Below, one piece after another: positions 8,951 through 17,523 of a stretch of DNA of 32,000 nucleotides. Source of the DNA: Methanococcus maripaludis (lineage in GTDB: Archaea; AGJL01; Methanococci; Methanococcales; Methanococcaceae); contig NZ_CP026606.1 in assembly GCF_002945325.1 (NCBI RefSeq), positions 480,001 through 512,000 on the forward strand. Direction: 5' to 3'. Numbering within the stretch: the first letter of the stretch is position 1; every line of letters starts with the position of its first letter. Both the position numbers and the translations under genes were made by a program. Under the pieces are notes generated by a model. That model was not told the origin of the DNA, did not search any database, and saw nothing but the letters and a program-made list of their open reading frames with translations.

Positions 8951-9388
8951 ATGACTAAAAATGATAACATTATTATAATTACTGCTTGTGGTGGTAGCAA
9001 AGAAGGTAAGCCCCAAAAAGCAGGAACATTATACAAATCTTCAAGAATACGGCATTTGTATAAAAAAGCATTAGAATTTGATGTTCCATTTTATATTTTA
9101 AGTGCTAAATATGGATTAATTAACTCAGAAAAAATAATAGACCCCTACAATCAAATAATGACTAAAGAACGGGCATTATTTCTTAAACCTTCGGTTAAAA
9201 AAACGCTTGAAGACTTTGAATATGTTGTGTTCTTCGAAGGGGGTGCCCGAAAAGAATATCGTGATTTAATTCATGAATCTACGAATGAATTGGGCTTGCA
9301 GTTAATTGCTTTCGGGTATAAGACTATGGGAGATATTGGGGAATTGAAGAATATACTGGGGGGAATAAATGGCTTCAAACAAACTTGA
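8951..9388 (+). CDS. DUF6884-like protein
   Basis: TACGGSKEGKPQKAGTLYKSSR ... FYILSAKYGLINSEKIIDPYN matches the ScsgsK...A..LY.S...YILSAKYGLl.P...l.PYd signature. Confidence 0.75.
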   Translation: MTKNDNIIIITACGGSKEGKPQKAGTLYKSSRIRHLYKKALEFDVPFYILSAKYGLINSEKIIDPYNQIMTKERALFLKPSVKKTLEDFEYVVFFEGGARKEYRDLIHESTNELGLQLIAFGYKTMGDIGELKNILGGINGFKQT

Positions 9389-11048
9389 AAATGTAAAAGA
9401 ATATATAAAAGATCCTGGAAAGCATAAAGCGCTTGTAAACCATTATTTATTAATATCTAATGAATTAAACGATAATAAAGAGTTATTGGAAACGTTATTA
9501 AATTTTAACATGAATGAACTTCCAAAAGCTATTTTAAGTAGTACTCCATTACAACTTAAAAATCTCAAAGGGGGCCCCCTGTCAGACTTTCCTTTAGAAA
9601 TAAAAAGTTGTTTGAAAAATAACAGAGTTTTTACTACTCAAAAAGAACTAATTAAAAACTTAGACTTAGACAAGGTTACTAATCTTTTAAAATCTGAAAA
9701 AATAGAATTGATTGGTATCGATGAGTCAAAGGTTGAAATACCTAGAGCAGGCTGTCTTTTTGCATATTTAAAAAGTGTTGCTTTTAGAATAAGTCTCGAT
9801 AATGAAAAACAGATTGAATCAATAGGGCCCATGGTAAATAAATTTAGAGTGACAATTAAAGATGAAGAAGATGCTGAATTTGAAAAAGAATCCCAGTTAA
9901 TAGGTTATTTAAGAAACATGTTTGTTGCATGGGTTGCCATTAAAAATTCACTTGAAAATGGATATAAACCAATAGTATTTTTACACGGGCCGTTAGTTAG
10001 GGCTATCGGAGGATTTACAGATATTGTGTTTGAAAAAGATACGTTAATAGATCTATTTACGATTTCCGAAGATATCGACGTTAATGAAAATTCGGATTTT
10101 TCCATATCTGGAAAAGAAATTATTAAAGAATTTCACGAAAATGAATCTAAAAATTGGCATAAGATCTATTCCAAAACAATTAAACGGCTAAACGATCCGG
10201 ACTATTCTGGAAAAGATCTTTGGAAACAGGCTTTACCTGTGGATATTACTGAAGAAGATGAACCTTTGAAATCATTTGAAGAACGAGAATATTATCCTGG
10301 AATTTCCATATATTTTTGGATGCTTGGAAAATTGTATGATGTATGTAAAGAAAATAAGGTACCACTCACTGCCACAGTGGAATCGATAAGTAGATCTACT
10401 GAATTTTTACAGTACGTTTTACCCACATTATTAGATAAAACTCCCGATATCCTCCCTGAAGACATTATGGAATTTGAAAAGGGATATGATAAAATAATTA
10501 AAATACGAAATGATGATGGGCGAAAAGAAAACTTTTACCGAAAGACTTACGGATTATTAAAAAATCTAAACATCACTGATTCCGTAGTAACCTCATATTT
10601 ATTAAATGAATCGGAATACACAACACCCATCCGAACGTGTAGGTATCAACCTCGTAGTATGTATTTAAATGCGTTAGGCCATCGGGAATTGGGCATAAAA
10701 GACAATTATAGTCCTATTTTGGAACATTACTTTAAAGCGTCCAATAAAATATTTTTTTCATATTTAAAAACTACTCCACTAAGGGAGCCCATAAGGGTAG
10801 AATTTTTTAATATTTATGATAATTACGATGAAATCATTGGTCTTAATTATCTATTTTCATTGATGTATCCCGATTATGGGATACCTGTGATGATATTTTA
10901 TGCAGATAAAATTGCTAGAACTCATAAAAATTATTTACAAATAATTTTGGACAGCATTTCATACGATATGCTTGTAAAAGGGGAATTTGATATTGAAAAA
11001 TTTTTAAGATTTGGAAATCATTTCACAAGAAACTTTTTTGAAAGGTGA
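9369..11048 (+). CDS. Divergent NurA-like nuclease domain protein
   Basis: Immediately upstream of a HerA-like gene. LIGIDESKVEIPRAGCLFAYLKSVAFRIS resembles the NurA VDGS block; PIVFLHGPLVRAIGG the central block; REPIRVEFF...YPDYGIPVMIFYADKIARTHKNYLQIIL the C-terminal block. Confidence 0.6.
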   Translation: MASNKLENVKEYIKDPGKHKALVNHYLLISNELNDNKELLETLLNFNMNELPKAILSSTPLQLKNLKGGPLSDFPLEIKSCLKNNRVFTTQKELIKNLDLDKVTNLLKSEKIELIGIDESKVEIPRAGCLFAYLKSVAFRISLDNEKQIESIGPMVNKFRVTIKDEEDAEFEKESQLIGYLRNMFVAWVAIKNSLENGYKPIVFLHGPLVRAIGGFTDIVFEKDTLIDLFTISEDIDVNENSDFSISGKEIIKEFHENESKNWHKIYSKTIKRLNDPDYSGKDLWKQALPVDITEEDEPLKSFEEREYYPGISIYFWMLGKLYDVCKENKVPLTATVESISRSTEFLQYVLPTLLDKTPDILPEDIMEFEKGYDKIIKIRNDDGRKENFYRKTYGLLKNLNITDSVVTSYLLNESEYTTPIRTCRYQPRSMYLNALGHRELGIKDNYSPILEHYFKASNKIFFSYLKTTPLREPIRVEFFNIYDNYDEIIGLNYLFSLMYPDYGIPVMIFYADKIARTHKNYLQIILDSISYDMLVKGEFDIEKFLRFGNHFTRNFFER

Positions 11049-11053
11049 TTTTT

Positions 11054-12937
11054 TTGAAAAAAATAGTTATTGGTGCAAGTTTAGGTTCAACTTCGGCATT
11101 TAGATTTAAGTTTATATTAACTGATGATGAATTTGAAAAAGAAAATTTAGTTTATAATTATGTGGAATTAAACCTTAATGGGCAGGTTGATGAAGTACTA
11201 ATCGCGAAAATTATTGATGTTAAAAAAGAAAATCCATTGGTAACTCCAGAACAGGCTGGGGCTTTGGCAAAGGATGTATTGTCCCAAATAAATTCTTTTA
11301 CAATTCCTCAAAGATTTACATATGCAGTAGCCGAATGTGAAGTTGTAGGTATTCTAAAAGAGGGAAAACTAGAAATGAATAGAAAATCTATCCCTCCTGC
11401 AACCGATATATTTCCAATAAGTCAAAAAAGTATAGAACAGCTATTTCATGATAAAAGTCCAAATTATTTACCTATCGGCGGAATGGAAAGCTTTAAGGGC
11501 TCTTATGGTACCCCAATTACCATAAATGGGGATGAATTAGTTACAAAACATTTTGCTATTTTTGGAATGACGGGATCTGGAAAAACAAACACAGCTGCAA
11601 AAGTTATTGAAGAATTAGCCATTAGGGGATATAATATTGTACTATTTGATCCCCATGATGATTATCAAAATATTAACGATTTTTCAGGTATTAAAGATTA
11701 TTTTGAGAAAAATAATATTGATTGGGATATAATTAAGAATAATTTCGCAGAAAAAAATATTTCTGAGGAAGAAATATTCTCATTTTTGCAGACTGTATCT
11801 GTTGTATATAATATTCCCATAGTGGGATATCTTTTGAAAATATCTGAAAATGGAAAAGCCTCATTAAATGAGTTATTAATGAAAATTTTAGGCGACGATA
11901 CATTGATTGAATGTATTAAAAATAGTGCCATATTCCAAAGACAGATGAATTTCGCAGAAAAACCGAATGATACAGAAATACCTACTGAAGAAAATAAAAA
12001 GTATGTTTCAACATACAATATATTTCCAGAACTTAGAGATTATGGTAAAAATCATGGCACATTTTCTAAACGACTTATGGAATGCTTTTTAGGGGAAAAA
12101 TTTACGGGGCCACAAGAAAGAATATTGGCATTGTGTAACTCGGATCAGAAAGGAATAGACTATATTAATGAGTTAAAAATCGTATGTGAACCAGAAGAAA
12201 GCAATGGAAAAGCTAAAAATACCCAGGACTCTACAAAAATGGCTTTAGCAGGTAAATTTACCACACTAGAAACAATTTACCACAATGCGTCAAAAGCGTC
12301 AAAAGCTTGCGACATTGAAGAGTTGATGAAAAATATTACTGATTCGGAATCGAAATCCAGGATACACCGTATTTCTTTATCCTCCCTTTCAGAAAGTATG
12401 AGAAAAACGACCGTTTATGCAGTTGTAAATTATATTTTTAATGAATATAAATATAATAACGAGTTAAAGGACAAAACCCCTGTTTTATTTATTTTAGAAG
12501 AAGCAAGAAGTTTAATTCCGAAAAATACACGAGAACATATTCCAAGTCTATCTGCAGTAGAGGCCCTTAGGGACCTTGCATATGAGGGTAGGAAGTTTAA
12601 ATTGGCATATGGGTTAATTTCTCAAAAACCATCTACTATTGATGAAGAGGTAGCCTCCCAGTGTAATACATTAATATTGCAACAGTTAAAAAGCCCTGAT
12701 GACCAAAGTTATGTTAAAAAGGTAACTGAAGGGATGACAGAGGAAGAATTATCTATATTAAAAAATATAGGAACGGGAAAAGCAGTTGTAACCGGAACTG
12801 CAATAAAATCAACAGTATTAATTGATGTTTTTAGAAGATATAGTAAAGAAGGTGTTAAAGAACCAAGGCCATTAAGCGACATTGTAATAAATGAGGTTAA
12901 TGATATTAAGAATAAATTAAAATTTGAGGAAAATTGA
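11054..12937 (+). CDS. HerA-like (DUF87) bipolar DNA helicase / translocase
   Basis: FGMTGSGKTNTAAKVIEELAIRGYNIVLFDPHDDY, PVLFILEEARSLIP, LAYEGRKFKLAYGLISQKPSTIDEEVASQCNTLILQQL; TTG start at 11054 after AAAGGTGA. Confidence 0.88.
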   Translation: MKKIVIGASLGSTSAFRFKFILTDDEFEKENLVYNYVELNLNGQVDEVLIAKIIDVKKENPLVTPEQAGALAKDVLSQINSFTIPQRFTYAVAECEVVGILKEGKLEMNRKSIPPATDIFPISQKSIEQLFHDKSPNYLPIGGMESFKGSYGTPITINGDELVTKHFAIFGMTGSGKTNTAAKVIEELAIRGYNIVLFDPHDDYQNINDFSGIKDYFEKNNIDWDIIKNNFAEKNISEEEIFSFLQTVSVVYNIPIVGYLLKISENGKASLNELLMKILGDDTLIECIKNSAIFQRQMNFAEKPNDTEIPTEENKKYVSTYNIFPELRDYGKNHGTFSKRLMECFLGEKFTGPQERILALCNSDQKGIDYINELKIVCEPEESNGKAKNTQDSTKMALAGKFTTLETIYHNASKASKACDIEELMKNITDSESKSRIHRISLSSLSESMRKTTVYAVVNYIFNEYKYNNELKDKTPVLFILEEARSLIPKNTREHIPSLSAVEALRDLAYEGRKFKLAYGLISQKPSTIDEEVASQCNTLILQQLKSPDDQSYVKKVTEGMTEEELSILKNIGTGKAVVTGTAIKSTVLIDVFRRYSKEGVKEPRPLSDIVINEVNDIKNKLKFEEN

Positions 12938-13962
12938 TGATTCCATTTTTTGTGTTAGATCGACCTGCTAGTTTGGAAATATTGAAGGGACTTTTATTGA
13001 ATTACCCTGGACAAACATTTGGTTTAATGACGCATGCAAACGTTTCGGATCGTTTTACTGAGTTATTTTGTCAGTATCCTTATACAACAGAAACAAAATA
13101 TTACGATGAAAGCGTAGATATTTCAAAACTTGTAGATATTGACAATAATTTGATAAAAATTTCCGATAGTGGAGCTTTTCAAAAAAATGGAAAAGTACAT
13201 CCATATCCTGAACTTTTTCAAAAATATAACGCGCTTGGCGTACATTATGGAATTATTAATGATGTACTTCAGGATATGGATAACACTATTAAAAGTGCTA
13301 TCAAAGCCATAAATACTTACGATGACATGAAAAAAGAATGTAACTTCGAACTCATGGGTGTTGCACAAGGAAAAACTCCTGAAGAGTATTGTAAATGTTA
13401 TGGCGAACTCGAAAGTATGGGTTATAAAACAATTGCAGTTGGCGGGCTTTTAAAAAGAAATGGGGATTCCAACTATGTAATGATGAATGGGGAAGTGAGA
13501 ATGAAAAACATTGTTACAGCCATTAAAGAGAAATACGGGCCCGAAAAATTATTTACTCTTGGAATATACCACCCAAATAGGCATGATTTACTCGAAAGTT
13601 TAGATATTTGGGGGGCGGATTATAAAGGCTGGCTTTTTCATTATGATGAATATTATTATACTTCCAAAAAATTATTGGAAGAATCTGGAAAGTATACTGA
13701 ATCGATAGAAAATGCTTATAAACACTTTATGAAATGTAAAAGTAATCATGTGGCTGAAAGATCTCCTGAAAATCGAAAAATGTTTTTAAACTCCAAAAAA
13801 TTATTGGATGCGGAGTTAAAAAAAATAGATACTTCGTTACAGGAATTTAGATATCGGGAAGTTAGGAAAACTTTGGAAGAAAAGATAGTTTTAAAAATGA
13901 TTTCTAAAGGAATAGACGAATCAATATTCGAAAAAATCATGCCTGGTCAGGAAGTATATTGA
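12934..13962 (+). CDS. Queuine/archaeosine tRNA-guanine transglycosylase-like (DpdA-like) protein
   Basis: KISDSGAFQKNG (TGT DSGGFQ-like), GVAQGKTPEEYCKCYGELESMGYKTIAVGGLL (TGT G..QG...d.R...ae.l...gy.IGGL), LGIYHPNRHDLLESLDIWGAD. Overlaps the HerA-like stop by 4 nt. Confidence 0.7.
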   Translation: MMIPFFVLDRPASLEILKGLLLNYPGQTFGLMTHANVSDRFTELFCQYPYTTETKYYDESVDISKLVDIDNNLIKISDSGAFQKNGKVHPYPELFQKYNALGVHYGIINDVLQDMDNTIKSAIKAINTYDDMKKECNFELMGVAQGKTPEEYCKCYGELESMGYKTIAVGGLLKRNGDSNYVMMNGEVRMKNIVTAIKEKYGPEKLFTLGIYHPNRHDLLESLDIWGADYKGWLFHYDEYYYTSKKLLEESGKYTESIENAYKHFMKCKSNHVAERSPENRKMFLNSKKLLDAELKKIDTSLQEFRYREVRKTLEEKIVLKMISKGIDESIFEKIMPGQEVY

Positions 13963-14200
13963 TTTTCGGTTTTTCTGCAGGCATATAATAAGAATATTCT
14001 GAAAAAAACCTTATTTTTTTAGAAAAATTTCTAACCTTATTTTTTTCATAAACTCAGGCTATTTTTAATCATGATTTACTTTGAAAATATGAAAAAGTAT
14101 AATCTTAAACTTTTCCACCCATTCACAAAAAACCCTTCATCGAAAATTTAATATTTTAGCCGCCTTAAATTAAATTTAATTATATTTATCGAGGGGAATT

Positions 14201-15532
14201 GTGGGAAAATTTGATAATTATTTAGAAAAGAATTATGAAAAAATATTTTCAATTTTAGAAATAATAATTTCTTTTAAATTTGGGTTTGTTACAATCCTTG
14301 TTCCAATGATTTTAATGTTAATCATGATTACTTCTTTTATCTATTTTTTTAGGATTGATACGTTACTTATAGTTGCAGTTGGAATAAGCGAGGCTTTGAA
14401 ATTTTCTGTTGCTTTTTATATAGTGTCATTTATTGTATATATCCTCTTTCTGACCAAATTTCCAACTTATAAAGATAACCCATTCAATAATTTTAATATT
14501 GCAGACATTCTGATTGCCATATTTCTATTTGCAATTCTTGTATCCTTTATGATGTCAAATTATACACTGATGGGTCCCGAATTCTACAAAAACGTTATTA
14601 AAATAATATATAGCTCTGAATTCTACGACAATATTCTTAAACTAATATCGGGACTTGGAACTTTTATTGTGGCCGCTGTAGCAGTAGTAAGTGCTGGTCA
14701 AGGAAAAGAACAGATTAAAGAAATGAAAGAACAGAGAAAATTACAACATGATCCCGAATTAATTGCAGAAAATGAATTTAAAATTTATTTTCATAATTGC
14801 AATGAATTTTTACATGAAATAATAGGTAAAGATGATGAGTATGATATCAAAAGGTTTGAAGATTCGATATATTCTTGGTCAAACTCATCAGAAAAACCTG
14901 AAAACTACCAAAAAATGATTTTAAATGAAATTAATGATCCAAATGATGAAATAACTCAATTTCAGAAACTTATAAACTTAGAAACTCATTTTGAAGATGA
15001 TTTCGGAGTAAAAATTTATAATGTTGGAAACGGGGTTGCAAAAAAAATAAATTACAGGTGGGAGTGTGATTTTGAGGAATTATATTCTTCAATTTTGGAA
15101 AATAATCGTATAAATGATCATAGGGTATATTCAGACTGCAGTGAGGGAGAGAATGCCTATTTTATGGGTGACACCATGATTCTAAATTGTAATTCGTATT
15201 TAGCGAGTGGTAATTACAATCTACTACTACCACACAGAACCCCTGATGATTTTATAATTATACCCTTACCAAAAGATCTTTTTAAAGCTTTAGGATATTT
15301 ATTTAAAACTGCTGATCTAACTGACATCTCTTTAAAAATATATTTAAAATTAGATTACACGGGAATAGACAATACTCCCCATTCTAAAACATATTTATTA
15401 GAAAGTGACAGTTATCTTTTTAATTGGTATTCTGGAATAATTGAGGCATATAGTCCACATTTTTATGAATTTTTCTTCAAAATCAGTGAAATAAAAGAAG
15501 AAATTGAAGAAACCACCAAATCCTCAAAATAA
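14201..15532 (+). CDS. Protein with N-terminal multi-TM region and large cytosolic C-terminal domain, unknown
   Basis: GTG start after GAGGGG; about 4 hydrophobic segments in the first 170 aa. Confidence 0.75.
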   Translation: MGKFDNYLEKNYEKIFSILEIIISFKFGFVTILVPMILMLIMITSFIYFFRIDTLLIVAVGISEALKFSVAFYIVSFIVYILFLTKFPTYKDNPFNNFNIADILIAIFLFAILVSFMMSNYTLMGPEFYKNVIKIIYSSEFYDNILKLISGLGTFIVAAVAVVSAGQGKEQIKEMKEQRKLQHDPELIAENEFKIYFHNCNEFLHEIIGKDDEYDIKRFEDSIYSWSNSSEKPENYQKMILNEINDPNDEITQFQKLINLETHFEDDFGVKIYNVGNGVAKKINYRWECDFEELYSSILENNRINDHRVYSDCSEGENAYFMGDTMILNCNSYLASGNYNLLLPHRTPDDFIIIPLPKDLFKALGYLFKTADLTDISLKIYLKLDYTGIDNTPHSKTYLLESDSYLFNWYSGIIEAYSPHFYEFFFKISEIKEEIEETTKSSK

Positions 15533-15547
15533 CCCATTTAAACCAAT

Positions 15548-15615
15548 TCAACTTTAAAAAGAGTAATTTAAGATAAAAATTCTTAAAATTAAAAGAATAA
15601 GGTTATTTTAAATTT
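15548..15615. repeat. About 68-bp dispersed AT-rich repeat, copy A
   Basis: Aligns with 25959-26026 (..TCAACTT.AAAAAGAG.AATTT.AG...TTAAAATTAAAA.GATAAGGTTATTTTAAA..). Confidence 0.7.
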
Positions 15616-15616
15616 C

Positions 15617-17455
15617 TTAATTATTAGCTGAATTTAATTTTTCTGAAATCCAATTAAATATCCTATCGACATTTTTCAATGTTTCTTTGCTTAAATCGTC
15701 TTTTGAAATTTTTCCTTTATCCACATTATTTAAAAAATTCTGTGCAAGTATCGTTTTACTTTTACCAATCTTTTTAAGATAAGTAGATAAACTTTTACCA
15801 ATTTTTGCAGATTCATCTTCTAGAACTAATTTTTTAAAATCCACTTCAGCGAATACATCTTCAATATCTTTGTCGTCTTGATCTAAAATAAAAAGGAACC
15901 GATCTTTTGGAATCAATAATTTTTCCGTTAATTCTTTTTTATAACCTTTTCCATCCCTATCCTTATCAAAAATAAAAAATGGATCTAATTTCCAACCTAC
16001 TAAAATGGACGCTATTGAAGGTATGTTTTTCCCGCAGCCCGGAATCATCTCAAAATCCAATTTAGAATCGAATAATTTTTTAAATGCTTGAATATATAAA
16101 TAGTCAGTAATTCCTTCCACCACAAAACTATTCTTTTTATCTGCCCTTAATCCACCCGCCATGTTTTCCCCAATTGCAGTCAATATTGGGGTAATTGTAT
16201 CTTTTTTTGAGTTTGCCCAGCATTTATTTTGAATTTTCGTTCCTTTTTTTTCATCCCATTCGACAAGTTTGATCCTATGTAATTCTTTTAATAAATAAGG
16301 TGAATGGGTTGTATATATTATGCCCATATTGCTCGAAGCATCTTCTAACTTATGGATAATGTCCTCCTGAGCTTGTGCGTGTAAAAATAGTCCTGGTTCA
16401 TCGATTAAAAGAATATTATTTTTTCCTTCTTTGGATCGTGCAGTAATTCGGATATAAAATGCCAAATGCCACTGTTTACCCTTACTTCTTTGTTCTGGCA
16501 TGTATGAGGTGTTATCTTCTTTTACCCAAAATTCAACATTGTTATTATCCCATGTAATCTCTAAATTAGATTCACTTTGTGTCCAATATTTACCATAATC
16601 TTTTTGTAAATCTAAATTAATAGCTCCATTGTGATTCTTTTTTCCCTGACGATCTGTACTTTTTATAAGATTAATATCAAGATTACTTACCTTTTGAAGA
16701 TCTTTAATAAATTCATCAGTTTCCAAATTAGCAAAAGGTATTATATTTGGAATTTTTGAGTCTTTATATGTTTCAAAAATTATAAAATTTGGAATATATT
16801 CTTTTTTTACAACATTTTCTATATATTTTTTTATTAATTCATCATAGTCTGAAAATTCTAGAGCGTATTTTTTGGCATCATCAAATAACGCATTTAACCG
16901 AGTTTTGGTTTCTTCTTCAAAATCTTCAATTTTTGATTTCCCGTCTTTAATTTTTTGATCCATTAATTTTCTAAATTCTTCCGCATTACTGAATACTGTT
17001 GGAAATACCACATCAACGTGTTTCCCAATATAATTAATCTCGTTTTCGATTTCCACGATAATATCAATAATTTCACTGTTATAGTTCTCCAAACATTCTG
17101 ATATGTCATTACTTTCTAAAAAATAGTTTGAACCTACTTTTTTTACCTCTAATTCAATATCTTCCGAAAAACAGTTTTTTAAATAGAGATCAGGCATTTC
17201 TTTTATTTTTTTAACTTCTTCAATATTTATTTTAAAAAATAATGAAATTTCAGGATCCAATTTACTAGATATTGGTCTTGCACTTTCTCGAATTGTTTTT
17301 CCCACGTTAAAATCTTCCAAAGCTTCCAGAACTGAGGTTTTACCACTTTCATTCATTCCAGCTAAAACTGTAATGTTATCGGAGGATAAATAAACTTCAC
17401 CGCTATCGTTAATTGATTTGTAGTTTTTAATTCTAAATTTTGTTAAAGATACCAT
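15617..17455 (-). CDS. OLD-family ATPase with C-terminal TOPRIM nuclease domain
   Basis: FRIKNYKSINDS..VYLSSDNITVLAGMNESGKTSVLEAL; LLIDEPGLFLHAQAQEDII, IIYTTHSPYLL; TOPRIM FFVVEGITDYLYIQAF...DPFFIFDKDRDG. In-frame ATG at 17455 preferred over 17467. Confidence 0.88.
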   Translation of the reverse strand: MVSLTKFRIKNYKSINDSGEVYLSSDNITVLAGMNESGKTSVLEALEDFNVGKTIRESARPISSKLDPEISLFFKINIEEVKKIKEMPDLYLKNCFSEDIELEVKKVGSNYFLESNDISECLENYNSEIIDIIVEIENEINYIGKHVDVVFPTVFSNAEEFRKLMDQKIKDGKSKIEDFEEETKTRLNALFDDAKKYALEFSDYDELIKKYIENVVKKEYIPNFIIFETYKDSKIPNIIPFANLETDEFIKDLQKVSNLDINLIKSTDRQGKKNHNGAINLDLQKDYGKYWTQSESNLEITWDNNNVEFWVKEDNTSYMPEQRSKGKQWHLAFYIRITARSKEGKNNILLIDEPGLFLHAQAQEDIIHKLEDASSNMGIIYTTHSPYLLKELHRIKLVEWDEKKGTKIQNKCWANSKKDTITPILTAIGENMAGGLRADKKNSFVVEGITDYLYIQAFKKLFDSKLDFEMIPGCGKNIPSIASILVGWKLDPFFIFDKDRDGKGYKKELTEKLLIPKDRFLFILDQDDKDIEDVFAEVDFKKLVLEDESAKIGKSLSTYLKKIGKSKTILAQNFLNNVDKGKISKDDLSKETLKNVDRIFNWISEKLNSANN

Positions 17456-17523
17456 CAATACACCCACGAAATACTTTCAAATGGATATCCATTTATAAAA
17501 AAGAATATAAATAATTTAATCAT

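Noticed and set aside
7202-13962. Calling the MTase-HerA cluster BREX, DISARM or the classical bacterial Dpd system
   Set aside because: No PglX/PglZ/BrxC-like, DrmA/DrmB-like or recognisable DpdB/C partners are present; only the TGT-like fold is shared with Dpd.
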